From NCBI GenBank assembly GCA_963786365.1, contig CAWAYR010000022.1, forward strand, positions 453,435 to 517,434: 64,000 bases of DNA. Reading direction: 5' to 3'. Shown here piece after piece: positions 42,947 to 52,709 of this stretch; position 1 is the stretch's first letter, and each line of letters starts with the position of its first letter. The translations under genes and the position numbers were made by a program. Source of the stretch: an uncultured Acidobacteriota bacterium (lineage in GTDB: Bacteria > Acidobacteriota > Vicinamibacteria > Vicinamibacterales > UBA2999). The notes under the pieces are model-generated. The model was not told the origin of the DNA. It did not search any database and saw nothing but the letters and a program-made list of their open reading frames with translations.

Positions 42947-43043
42947 ATCCAATTGGACGGCGGGAATCGCGGCCGGCGCCGCGCCGCCGCCAGAATCTAG
43001 GAGATCCCCAGAATCAGCCCAGAAGCCGCCGGTTCGCCGCGGA

Positions 43044-43694
43044 TCAGAGGGTGATCGTGGTGGGGCTGTCGCGGCTGTCGACGACGAACTGCGCACGCAC
43101 GCTGCCGAAGACCAACTCGTCGCCGTCGTGGAGGACGGTCCGGGCCGACAGGCGGTCGCCACGCAGGGTCGTGCCGTTCTTGCTGTCGAGGTCTTCGACC
43201 GTCGCCGCGCTGCCGTCGACCGCGATCCTGGCGTGCACGCGCGAGACGCTGGCGTCGTTCAGGCAGACGTCGCACTCGGCGTCGCGGCCGACCGAGTTGA
43301 CGCCCGGGCCGAGCACGATGGTGCGGCTGCCGATCCGCAGCAGCGCCAGCGGTCCGTCGGCCGATACCAGATCGCCGCTGGAGCGCGTCTCGCGGACGTC
43401 GGATACGAAGCTGTAGCCGACGCCGTGATGCGTCTTGATCGAGCTGGCGGCCGCCCCGACGTCGCCGAGAGCCCCGCGCACCTCGCCGATGAGCACCGGC
43501 AGGTTGGCTTCGACGACGAACGCGTCGGGCCACAGTTGGCTCATCAGCTGGGCCTTGGTGAGCACGCTGGGACGCGCGTCGATCAGCAGCCGGAGCAGCT
43601 CGAAGGACTTCGGCGACAGGTGCACCGCCTCCCCGTCGCGCACGAGCTCGCGGCTCGCGGTGTCAAGACGGCAGCGCCCGAAGGCGTAGCGCAT
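43044..43694 (-). CDS. Winged-helix (OmpR/EmbR-type DNA-binding) + FHA-domain regulator
   Basis: 'MRYAFGRCRLDTASRELVRDGEAVHLSPKSFELLRLLI...QLWPDAFV...HHGVGYSF', then FHA 'VGRDAECDVCLNDASVSRVHARI..VEDLDSKNGTTLRG...LHDGDELVFG'. An alternative upstream start is at 43760. Confidence 0.8.
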   Translation of the reverse strand: MRYAFGRCRLDTASRELVRDGEAVHLSPKSFELLRLLIDARPSVLTKAQLMSQLWPDAFVVEANLPVLIGEVRGALGDVGAAASSIKTHHGVGYSFVSDVRETRSSGDLVSADGPLALLRIGSRTIVLGPGVNSVGRDAECDVCLNDASVSRVHARIAVDGSAATVEDLDSKNGTTLRGDRLSARTVLHDGDELVFGSVRAQFVVDSRDSPTTITL

Positions 43695-43795
43695 GAGCCG
43701 CGATTCTACAAGAGAAACCCTGGCAAAATCCTGGAACTGCCCGACGACGGGCCGGGCCACGTCTCGGGCTGGCCAGCCAGCGCCGTGCGCCGGCG

Positions 43796-46134
43796 CTACA
43801 AGCGGAAGAAGCGGGTGACCTTGACCACGAACGCGCGGTTCTTGAGGCCGGGATAGCCGCGGCTGGTCGTATCGCGCTCATCGGTGTAGACGACGAAGAA
43901 CTCGCTGCCGAGCTTGTACTCCCACCGGTAGCGGACGTTGGTGCTGAAGCTGCGGTCGATCGAGCTGTATTGCACCAGCGCGCTGGCGAACATCCGCGGC
44001 GAGAACGCGTAGTCGGTCCGGGTGCGCAGCAGCGTGGTCGTGAAGTTGCCCGCGGGGAGCTCGACGCGGGTGTATTGCACGGTCGGCTCGAACGAGAACT
44101 GCTTCAACACCGAGACGCGGGCCGCGGTGTAGCTCAGCGACCGGATGGTGCCGTCCCAGAACTCGCCGACTTGCGCACTGATGGCGCCGGCGACGCGGCG
44201 CTGCGCGCCCAGGCTGTAGGTCAACTGGATGTCATCGAACCAGTAGCTGCCGGTCGGGATGATCACCCCGGGGGCGACCTGGAACGGCTGCAGGAGCAGC
44301 TCGTAGTCGCGCGTCACGTCGACGTTGAAGGCGTCGCTGTTCTCGAGCTCGACGTTGAACTTCCCGACCCCGACCCGTGTCTCGAGCGCCCCGGCGCCGT
44401 TGGTCAGGTGCTCGAAGTCGGCCTGCCACGTCAGCTTGCGCACGCCCTTCAGGTTCTTCGGCCGCGGGCTGAACCGCAGCGACGCGAACCCGCGCCGGAA
44501 GTCGTCGCGCTGGAGGAACCCGACCTCGGGGCTGAAATCGTCACCGACGTCGAGGTACTCGAAGCGCGCGCCGTAGCGGTCGGCGAAGTAGTCGAACCGG
44601 CCCTGGAAGCTGTCGTCGTCGCCGTCGAGCCCGTCGGTGTGGGTGCGCGCCCAGTAGCCGCCGATGGTCAGGTTCTCGTAGAAGCCGAGCGCCGCGTCGA
44701 CGCCGTAGGCCTGGTTCGACCCGGCCGAGACGTTGGATTCCGAGCGCCCGGTGAACATCGCGCCGATGGTGCTCTTCTTCAAGATGTCGCGCTTCACCCG
44801 CATCACGGTGAAGTTGGTCGACGGCGTCAGCGTCGCCGGCTCGTCGTCGGCCTGGATGTTCAGCACGCCGATGCCGAACTTGCCGACCTTGCCGGTGACG
44901 CGCCCGCCCACCTGGATCGGCACCTCGCGGCCGCGGTTCAACCCGATGCGGCGGCTGTAGAACAGGAACGGCGTCGCCGAGGGCGCGTTCAACGCCGCTG
45001 CCCAGGCCGCCGCCGCCGCCCCCGCCGGCGCCGGTGGCGCCGCCACGCGCGAAGTCGAAGATGCCGCGGCCCTCGAGGAAGAAGTCGCGCTTCTCGGGGA
45101 AGAACAGGTTGAAGCGCGTCAGGTTGACCTGCTGCTCGTCGACTTCCACCTGCGCGAAGTCGGTGTTGTAGGTGAAGTCGGCGACCAGGTTGGCGGTGAT
45201 GCCGTACTTCACGTCGAGACCGAGCTCGCCGTCGAGGTCGTTCGTTACCGGCGGGATCCGCACCTCATCGGTGGACGATCGGCCCAGCGCATACGGCTTG
45301 ATCTCGAAGGTGCGGCCCGCCGCCGGGACGTCGATGCCGGTGGCGCTGCCATAGAGCGAGACGCGGTTGAGGCCCAGTGGTCCGCCCATCGACGCCGGCA
45401 GTGCGGTGAGGTACGACCACTCGTTCTTGCGCCGGACCGAGCGGCGGACCTGGAAGCCCCAGGTCTGGTTGGCGCCGCCGTCGAAGCGCAGCGACTTGAA
45501 CGGGATGATCATCTCCATCGTCCAGCCGCCTTCGAAGCGGCCGGTGCGGACGTTCCACACCGGATTCCAGTCGCTGTTGGGCTGGCCCTCGTCGATGATC
45601 GAGTAGTCGGAGAACGCGCCGAGCGGGCTGGCGTAGAACATGAACCCGCTGCGCCGGTCGTAGAAGGTGTCGAACCCGACGCCGATGTGGTCGTTCTGCC
45701 TGAGCGGCGCGCTGTCGCGGCGGTACTCGTTGGCGATCCACTCGTCGGGCGGCGCCGAATCGTAGACCCGGGCGCCGACGTAGATGTTCCGGTCGTCGAA
45801 CATCAGCCACAGGTCGGTGCGCTCGGAGGCGGGCTGCCCGGTGGCCGGCACGGTCTGGATCAGGCCGCCGAACGGCGGGTTCTCGGTGTAGACCGCTTCG
45901 TCGAGCGAACCGTCGACGTCGAGCGGCGCCGACAGCCGGATCGCGCGCACGGTCGCCTGGCCGCTGTCGTCGCGCGAGATGGTGGCCGGCGCCACCGGCG
46001 CCGGCGGCCCGTCGATCTCGGCGATGCCGGCTGGTCGTCGGGCTGCCGCTGGTCGATTCCTGCGCCGCGGCCCGCGAGACGCCGCCGTCGCAGAGCACGG
46101 CCAGCGCGATCGCGGCGCGACCGGGAATCAGCAT
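43796..46134 (-). pseudogene. DUF5916 / CBM9-like outer-membrane protein (copy 2), frame breaks ~46020 and ~45010
   Basis: Signal 'MLIPGRAAIALAVLC..', 'LDVDGSLDEAVY', 'DFAQVEVDEQQVNLTRFNLFFPEKRDFFLE', C-terminus 'VVKVTRFFRL'. It shares blocks with 7573..9895. Confidence 0.75.
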
Positions 46135-46197
46135 GGGAAAGACGAGCTTAGCGAACGAGCGGCGCGTCCCACGTCACCAGATGTCACCGCGAACGAT

Positions 46198-46326
46198 CGG
46201 GGCTCGGGGCTCGGGATCCGGGCCTGGCGGGAGATGCACGGCGCGTCGTTGCGCCTTGGTGACGCGTGACGCGTGCGACACGCGTTACAAGTGCCCGGTC
46301 CCGGGCCCCGAGACCCCGAGCCCCGA
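46198..46326. repeat. Inverted pair of GGGGCTCGGGG G-tract elements flanking a structured core with three ACGCGT palindromes
   Basis: 'cggggctcggggctcgggatccgggcc' (46198-46224) pairs with 'ggtcccgggccccgagaccccgagccccg' (46298-46326), giving about 18 bp plus a bulge. The core contains 'gtgacgcgtgacgcgtgcgacacgcgt'. Confidence 0.75.
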
Positions 46327-46332
46327 CACGTG

Positions 46333-47137
46333 TCAGAAGTGCCAGCCGCCCAGGTCGGTGGGAAACAGGAACTCGAGCACGTTGCCGGCGCGATCGGCCC
46401 ACGCCGCTTCGCTGTGGGTGGCGCCGGCCGGCTCGGTGTAGCGGAGGTCGTGATGATCCCGCCACCCGGCGGCGACCAGCGCCTCGCGCAGCCGACGCGC
46501 GTCGGCGACCGCGATCCGGCCCTCGCCGCCGCCGACGTCGAGCCAGACGCGGGTGTCGGGCCTGGGCCGCGCTTTGGCCACGTAGCGCAGAATCGCGCGC
46601 CGTCCCCACCACACCGACGGCGACAGCACCGCGAGCTTCCCGAACACGTCGGCATGCCGTAGCCCGAGGAACAGCGCCGACAGCCCGCCGAGCGACGATC
46701 CGCCGAGCCCGGTGTGCTGGCGATCGCCCAGGGTCCGGTAGCGGGCGTCGACGAACGGCTTCAGCTCTTCGGTGAGCAGGCGTCCGTAGGCCTTGCCCAG
46801 TCCGCCGCCCAGCCGCGGATCCCGGGTCGGCGTGTACTCCTCGACGCGGCCGATGCCGGTATGGTTGACGCCGACGATGATCAGGGGCTGCACGCGGCCC
46901 TCGGCGATCAGCATGTCGGCCATCTCGCCCAGACGCCAATATTGTCCGCGCACGTACGAGGTGCTCGGGATCGAACAGGTTCTGGCCGTCGTGCATGTAG
47001 AGCACCGGATAGCGGCGGTGCCGATCGTCGTCGTAGCCAGGGGGCAGATAGACGACGAGGTCGCGGGCCCGGTCGAGGAACCGGGACTGGAAGCCCGAGT
47101 GGCGTTCGAGGCGCGGCGCGGACACGGAGACGGACAT
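46333..47137 (-). pseudogene. Esterase-family alpha/beta hydrolase (PF00756-like), frame break near 46975
   Basis: 'VVYLPPGYDDDRHRRYPVLYMHDGQNLFDP' (ORF 46184..47242) joins 'LIIVGVNHTG...RQHTGLGGSSLGGLSALFLG..LSPSVWW' (tail of ORF 46333..47925). GxSxGG nucleophile elbow present. Confidence 0.75.
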
Positions 47138-47280
47138 CGGCGAGGCGGGCGCCGCCCACCAGCAGGCGCGACGGTCCCGGCTAGTATAGATGCCAGTGGC
47201 ACGGCGTGCCTCGGGGCCTGTCGCCGCACAGGTTCGTGCCACACGCGCGATCTGCCAGCGTCAGGACCGGACTCCTGCCG

Positions 47281-47994
47281 ATGACGCGCGACTATCACCG
47301 CTGGTATTCCCGGTCGCTCGACCGCGAGATGGAACTGCTCGTCTTCGGTCACGGCGGCCCGCCGGTCATGGTCTTCCCGAGCTCGATGGGCGCGTTCTTC
47401 GAGTACGAGGACCGCGGCATGGTCGGCGCGCTGCAGCACAAGCTCGACAACGGCTGGCTGCAGCTCTACTGCGTGGCGTCGGTCGACAGCGAGAGCTGGT
47501 ACGGCAGGCGGATGCACCCGCGGCAGCGCCTCGAGCGTCACCTGCAGTACCAGTCCTACCTCCTGGGCGACGTCGTGCCGCTGATCCGCCAGCGCAATCC
47601 CTTTCCCGGCATCGGCGTGACCGGCTGCAGCTTCGGCGCCTACCACGCCATGGCGGTGGCGTTGCGCCATCCCTATGTGTTCACCTCGTGCGTGACGATC
47701 AGCGGGGCGTTCGACATCAGCCAGTTCCTCGACGGCTGGAGCGACCAGGACGCCTACCTGCTCAACCCGCTGGCGTTCCTGCCCCCGCTGTCCGACGCCT
47801 ATTACCTGAACCAGTACCGCCGCAACAAGTTCGTCCTCGCCACCGGCGAGTGGGACATCTGCCGGGCGGCCAACGAGGAGTTCTCGCGGCTGCTCGGCGC
47901 CAAGGGCATCCCGCACTCCCTGCACGTCTGGGGCTACGGCTCACTGCACGACTGGCCGTACTGGCGGCCGATGGCCAGCGCCTACCTGCCGTAG
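47281..47994 (+). CDS. Esterase-family alpha/beta hydrolase, divergent from the previous one
   Basis: 'MTRDYHRWYSRSLDREMELLVFGHGGPPVMVFPSS', 'GVTGCSFGAYHAMAVALRHP', 'HDWPYWRPM'. Intact. Confidence 0.7.
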   Translation: MTRDYHRWYSRSLDREMELLVFGHGGPPVMVFPSSMGAFFEYEDRGMVGALQHKLDNGWLQLYCVASVDSESWYGRRMHPRQRLERHLQYQSYLLGDVVPLIRQRNPFPGIGVTGCSFGAYHAMAVALRHPYVFTSCVTISGAFDISQFLDGWSDQDAYLLNPLAFLPPLSDAYYLNQYRRNKFVLATGEWDICRAANEEFSRLLGAKGIPHSLHVWGYGSLHDWPYWRPMASAYLP

Positions 47995-48017
47995 CCGGCG
48001 CGGAGGGAACGCGCCGG
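47995..48017. terminator. Hairpin between convergent genes (candidate bidirectional terminator)
   Basis: CCGGCGCG-gagggaa-CGCGCCGG: a perfect 8-bp stem immediately after the esterase stop, about 25 nt from the stop of the convergent S74 gene. No clear U-tract. Confidence 0.4.
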
Positions 48018-48040
48018 AGTCCCGGTCCCCAACCGCGCGG

Positions 48041-48522
48041 TCACCGCTGGTCGCGAGTCGTCGTCTCGAGCGCCGACACGCGCGCCCGAAGCGCGTCGTT
48101 CTCGGCCTTCAGTTGCTTGATGGCATTCAGCATCGCCCAAAGAATCGGATCGCTGTTGACCTGCATGTAGCCGCTCGCCGTGTCGGACACGGCTTCGGGA
48201 ATCACCTCGCGCACGGCCTGGGCCACGAAACCGACGTGTTCGCCGCCGCGGCGATGCCGAGGGGGTTGTCAACGGTGTACTCGTAGCGCACGGGCTGAAG
48301 CGCCAGCACCGCCTCGAGCCCGCGTGCATAGCCGCCGAAGACGTGCTTCAGCCGCGCGTCCGAGAACACGGCCCAGGTGCCGCCGCCGGGCTTCGAGGCG
48401 TTGCCGTTGACGGTCAGCTGCTGGTCAGGGCTCGTCGTGCCGATCCCGACCAGCCCCGCGCCGTCGATGGCGATCGCGTTGAAGAGCGACGTCGTGTTGT
48501 TGCGCGTGATGCCGAGCGTCAT
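48041..48522 (-). pseudogene. Short stand-alone tail-fibre-like protein with peptidase-S74 intramolecular-chaperone domain, frame break near 48235
   Basis: 'GIGTTSPDQQLTVNGNA..GTWAVFSDARLKHV...LQPVRYEY' (tail of ORF 48202..49455) plus 'FVAQAVREVIPEAVSD..GYMQVNSDPILWAMLNAIKQLKAENDALRARVSALE' (ORF 48041..48226). The SDxRxK autocleavage motif and coiled-coil tail are both present. Confidence 0.65.
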
Positions 48523-48645
48523 CGTCGTGCCACGCGCGCTGTTGCTCCAGCCTGAGTGCCGCTGCGGCCGCGACCTCGCGGGGGCCGGCCCGCGATCCGG
48601 CCGGCCCCGGGCTGGACTAAGCTGATGGTCGCGGAGACCACGCGT

Positions 48646-49581
48646 ATGGCGACCATCGGCGTCCTGTTCGGCATGGAGAACGTCTTCCCCGGCGCGCTGG
48701 TGCAGCGCATCAACGAGCTGGGCGCTCCCGGGGTGGTCGCGGAGTTCGTGCAGATCGGCGGCGTGCCGATGAACGCGCCCTGCAAGTACCAGGTGATCGT
48801 CGACCGCATCTCGCACGACATCCCGTTCTATCGCGCCTATCTCAAGCAGGCGGCGCTGGCCGGCAGCTACGTCGTCAGCAACCCGTTCTGGGCGAGCGCC
48901 GACGACAAGTTCTTCAACTACGCGCTCGCCGCCCGGGTCGGCGTGGCGGTGCCGCCGACCGTGGTGCTGCCCCACAAGGAGCATCCGCCGGGGACCACCG
49001 ACAAGTCGATGCGCAACCTCCAGTACCCGCTCAACTGGGACGAGGTGTTCGACTACGTCGGCTTCCCCGCGTTCCTCAAGCCGTTCGACGGCGGCGGCTG
49101 GCGCGACGTCTTCCAGGTCAAGACGCGCGAGGAGTTCTTCCAGGCCTACGACCAGACGCGCACGCTGTGCATGACCTTGCAGCGGGCGGTGAAGTTCACC
49201 GAGTACTTCCGCTGCTACGTCGTCGGCCAGGAAGACGTGCACGTCATGCCCTACGACCCGCGGGCGCCGTTCCACGAGCGCTACGTCAAGCACCCGCCGG
49301 CCTACCCGAAGGCGCTCATCGAGCGCGTGACGAAGGACTCGCTGACGCTGTGCCGCGCCCTCGGCTACGACCTGAACACCGTCGAGTTCGCGGTCGAGGA
49401 CGGCGTGCCCTACGCCATCGACTTCATGAACCCGGCTCCCGACGCCGATCCGCATTCGGTCGGCGCCGAGAACTTCGCCTGGATCGTCGAGGCGGTGGCC
49501 AAGCTCGCCGTCAAGAAGGCGCAGGAGCCGGCGACGCCGCTCGACCTGCGCTGGGCGCCGATGCTCAAGGGCCGTCGATGA
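48646..49581 (+). CDS. ATP-grasp-fold ligase (RimK/GshB-like)
   Basis: 'MATIGVLFG..', 'FPAFLKPFDGGGWRDVFQV', 'YFRCYVVGQEDVHVMPYDP', 'LNTVEFAVEDGVPYAIDFMNPAPD'. Intact. The stop overlaps the next ATG (ATGA). Confidence 0.7.
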   Translation: MATIGVLFGMENVFPGALVQRINELGAPGVVAEFVQIGGVPMNAPCKYQVIVDRISHDIPFYRAYLKQAALAGSYVVSNPFWASADDKFFNYALAARVGVAVPPTVVLPHKEHPPGTTDKSMRNLQYPLNWDEVFDYVGFPAFLKPFDGGGWRDVFQVKTREEFFQAYDQTRTLCMTLQRAVKFTEYFRCYVVGQEDVHVMPYDPRAPFHERYVKHPPAYPKALIERVTKDSLTLCRALGYDLNTVEFAVEDGVPYAIDFMNPAPDADPHSVGAENFAWIVEAVAKLAVKKAQEPATPLDLRWAPMLKGRR

Positions 49582-50684
49582 AAGCTCCGTCGTTCAGCAT
49601 CGGCATCGAGGAGGAATACCAGACCATCGACCCCGAGACGTTCGACCTGCGTTCGCACATCCAGACCGAGCTGATGGCGCAGGGCCAGCGGGTGCTGAAC
49701 GAGAAGGTCAAGTCGGAGATGCACCAGGCGGTGATCGAGGTCGGCACCGGCGTGTGCCGCGACATCGTCGAGGCGCGCGCCGACATGGTCAACCTGCGGC
49801 GGCAGATGTTGACGCTGGCCGGGCAGAACGGCCTGCTGCTCGTCGCCGGCGCCACCCATCCCTTCGCCGACTGGCGGGTGCAGGACATCTCGCCCGACGA
49901 GCGCTACCTGCAGGTGGTCGAGGACATGCAGCTGGTGGCCCGCGCCAACCTCATCTTCGGCCTGCACGTGCACGTCGGCATCGAGGATCGCGAAACCGCC
50001 ATCCAGCTGATGAACCAGGTGCGCTACTTCCTGCCGCACCTGCTGGCGCTGTCGGCCAACTCGCCCTTCTGGCTGGGCATGAACACCGGGCTCAAGTCGT
50101 ACCGCTGCAAGGTGTTCGACAAGTTCCCGCGCACCAACATCCCCGACACGTTCGCCAGCTGGGCCGACTACGAGAGCTTCGTCAACCTGCTGATCCGCAC
50201 CAACTGCATCGACAACGCCAAGAAGATCTGGTGGGACGTGCGGCCGCACCCGTTCTACCCGACGCTCGAGGTGCGGATCTGCGACCTGCCGATGCGCGTC
50301 GACGAGACGCTGGCGATCGCCGCGCTGATCCAGGCCACCATCTACAAGCTGTGGCAGCTGCACGCCCGCAACCAGCAGTGGCGGCCGTTCAGCCGCGCGC
50401 TGATCATGGAGAACAAGTGGCGGGCCTCGCGCTACGGCATCGACGGCGCGCTGATCGACTTCGGACGTGAAGTGGAGCTGCCGGAGCGGGAGCTGCTCGA
50501 GGAGTACCTGACGCTGGTCGACGACGTGCTCGACGATCTGGGCAGCCGCAGCGAGGTCGAGCACATCCGCTGGATCATGGAGCACGGCACCGGGGCCGAC
50601 CGCCAGCTGGCCGAGTTCGCGCGCACCGGCGATCTCCGCCAGGTCGTGGAGTTCATGGTGCGGGAGACGCAGGCGGGGCTGTGA
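49578..50684 (+). CDS. Carboxylate-amine ligase (GCS2 / YbdK family)
   Basis: 'FSIGIEEEYQTIDPET', 'HQAVIEVGTGVC', 'GLHVHVGIEDRETAI', 'LLALSANSPFWLGMNTGLKSYRCKVF', 'WWDVRPHPFYPTLEVRICD'. Intact. Confidence 0.85.
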   Translation: MKAPSFSIGIEEEYQTIDPETFDLRSHIQTELMAQGQRVLNEKVKSEMHQAVIEVGTGVCRDIVEARADMVNLRRQMLTLAGQNGLLLVAGATHPFADWRVQDISPDERYLQVVEDMQLVARANLIFGLHVHVGIEDRETAIQLMNQVRYFLPHLLALSANSPFWLGMNTGLKSYRCKVFDKFPRTNIPDTFASWADYESFVNLLIRTNCIDNAKKIWWDVRPHPFYPTLEVRICDLPMRVDETLAIAALIQATIYKLWQLHARNQQWRPFSRALIMENKWRASRYGIDGALIDFGREVELPERELLEEYLTLVDDVLDDLGSRSEVEHIRWIMEHGTGADRQLAEFARTGDLRQVVEFMVRETQAGL

Positions 50685-52709
50685 CCGCGAATCGGGTGTC
50701 GAACCATCCGCACTTCCTCGGCGGCGGCGGCGAGATGGGGGCGCGGATCCGCGGCTTCGATTGGACGGCGTCCACGCTCGGTGACCCGGCCGGCTGGCCG
50801 GCGGCGCTGCGGACCGCGGTCCGCATCCTCCTGACCACCAACCACCCGGTGTTCCTGTTCTGGGGGCCCGACCTCATCTGCTTCTACAACGACGCCTACA
50901 GCCGGTCGCTCGGCGCCGAGAAGCATCCGTCGATGCTCGGTGCCCGCGGCCGCGTCGCCTGGGACGAGATCTGGCCGATCATCGGGCCGCAGATCGAACA
51001 GGTGATGGGCGGGGGCGGGGCCACGTGGCACGAAAATCACCTGGTGCCGATCACCCGTCACGGCCGGCTGGAGCAGGTCTACTGGACCTACAGCTACGGT
51101 CCGATCGACGACGAGACCGCGCCGGGCGGCGTCGGCGGCGTCCTGGTGCTGTGCACCGAGACGACGGCGCAGGTGCTGGCCGCGGAGCGCATGCGGGCCG
51201 CCGACGCCCGGTGGCGGGCGTTGTTCGAGCAGGCGCCGGGCTTCATGTGCATCCTGCAGGGGCCCGAACACCGTTACGAATATGCCAACGCGCGCTACAT
51301 GAGCCTGGTCGGACACCGGCCGATCGTCGGCAAGACGATCCTGGACGCACTGCCGGAGCTCGAAGGCCAGGGCACCATCGAGCTGCTCGATCGGGTGTTC
51401 CGGACCGGCGAGGTCTACACGGCCGAGGCGGCGCCGGTTCACCTCCCAGGTGCCAGCGGCGGCAGAGAGCTGTTCTACCTCGACTTCGTCTATCAACCGA
51501 TTCGTGATGACGGCGGTAGCCGTCACCGGCATCTTCGTCGAGGGATCGGACGTCACCGAACGCAAGCTGGCCGAGCTCGGCCAGCGCGACGCCGACCGGC
51601 GCAAGGACGAATTCCTGGCGACCTTGTCGCACGAGCTCCGCAACCCGCTGGCGCCGCTCAGGAACGCGGCGACGATCCTGCGATCGACGGCCGCGAATCC
51701 TGAGACGCGCGATTGGGCCACCCAGGTCATCGATCGACAAGTGAGCACGATGGCGCGGCTGCTCGACGACCTGCTCGACGTCACCCGCGTCAGTCGCGGC
51801 ACGCTGGTCCTCGCCCGGCGACGGTTGGCGCTGTCGTCGGTGTTCGATGCGGCGATCGAGGTGGCGACGCCGGCCATCGAGGCTCGCCGGCATCAGCTGC
51901 AGGTGACGCTGCCAGACGCGCCGATCGAGATCGACGGCGACGCCGTACGGCTGTCACAGGTGCTCTCGAACCTGCTGAACAACGCCGCGAAGTACACCGA
52001 CGCCGGCGGCACCATCGAACTCTCGGCGCGGCGGATCGACCAGACCGTTCGCATTGCCGTCAAGGACAGCGGCATCGGACTGGCTCCCGAGTCGCTGGCC
52101 GGGGTGTTCGACATGTTCTCGCAAGTGCAATCCGCGCTCGACCGGTCCGAAGGCGGTCTCGGGATCGGCTTGACGTTGGTCCGGGCCCTGGTCGAGTTGC
52201 ACGGCGGACGCGTCGACGTCGAGAGCAAGGGCCTGGGCCAGGGCAGCACCTTTTCGGTCGTGCTGCCGCTGGCGGTCGGGACCGCCGAGGCGTCTGGCGC
52301 CGCCGCCGGCGGCGCCGCCGCCGACGAGGCGATTGTCGGCCGACGCCGGGTGCTCATCGCCGACGACAACGTCGACGCCGCCGAAAGCCTGGCCGAGTTG
52401 GTGCAGCTTGCGGGTCACGACGTGCGCGTCGTGCACGACGGCACGTTCGCCGTCGACATGGCGCGGGAGTTCCGGCCCCACGTGGCGTTCCTCGACCTCG
52501 GCATGCCGGGTTGCAACGGCTACGAGGTGGCGCGGAGAATCCGGCTGGAACCGTGGAGCCGCGGCGTGCGCCTCGTGGCCGTGACCGGGTGGGGCCGTGA
52601 AGACGACAGGAGCCGCTCGCGGGACGCCGGATTCGACAGTCATCTGACCAAGCCGGTCAACCCGTCGGCGGTCGAGGCGGCGCTCAGTGCCGCGGAGGTC
52701 CTGTCGTGA
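50681..52709 (+). pseudogene. Hybrid sensor kinase (PAS x2 + HisKA + HATPase + receiver), frame break near 51515
   Basis: GTG overlaps the ligase TGA. PAS-like 'FEQAPGFMCILQGPEHRYEYANARY'. H-box 'FLATLSHELRNPLAPL'. 'NLLNNAAKYT', 'DSGIGL', 'GGLGIGLTLV'. Receiver 'RVLIADDNVDAAESL...FLDLGMPGCNGYEV...TKPV'. Confidence 0.85.
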
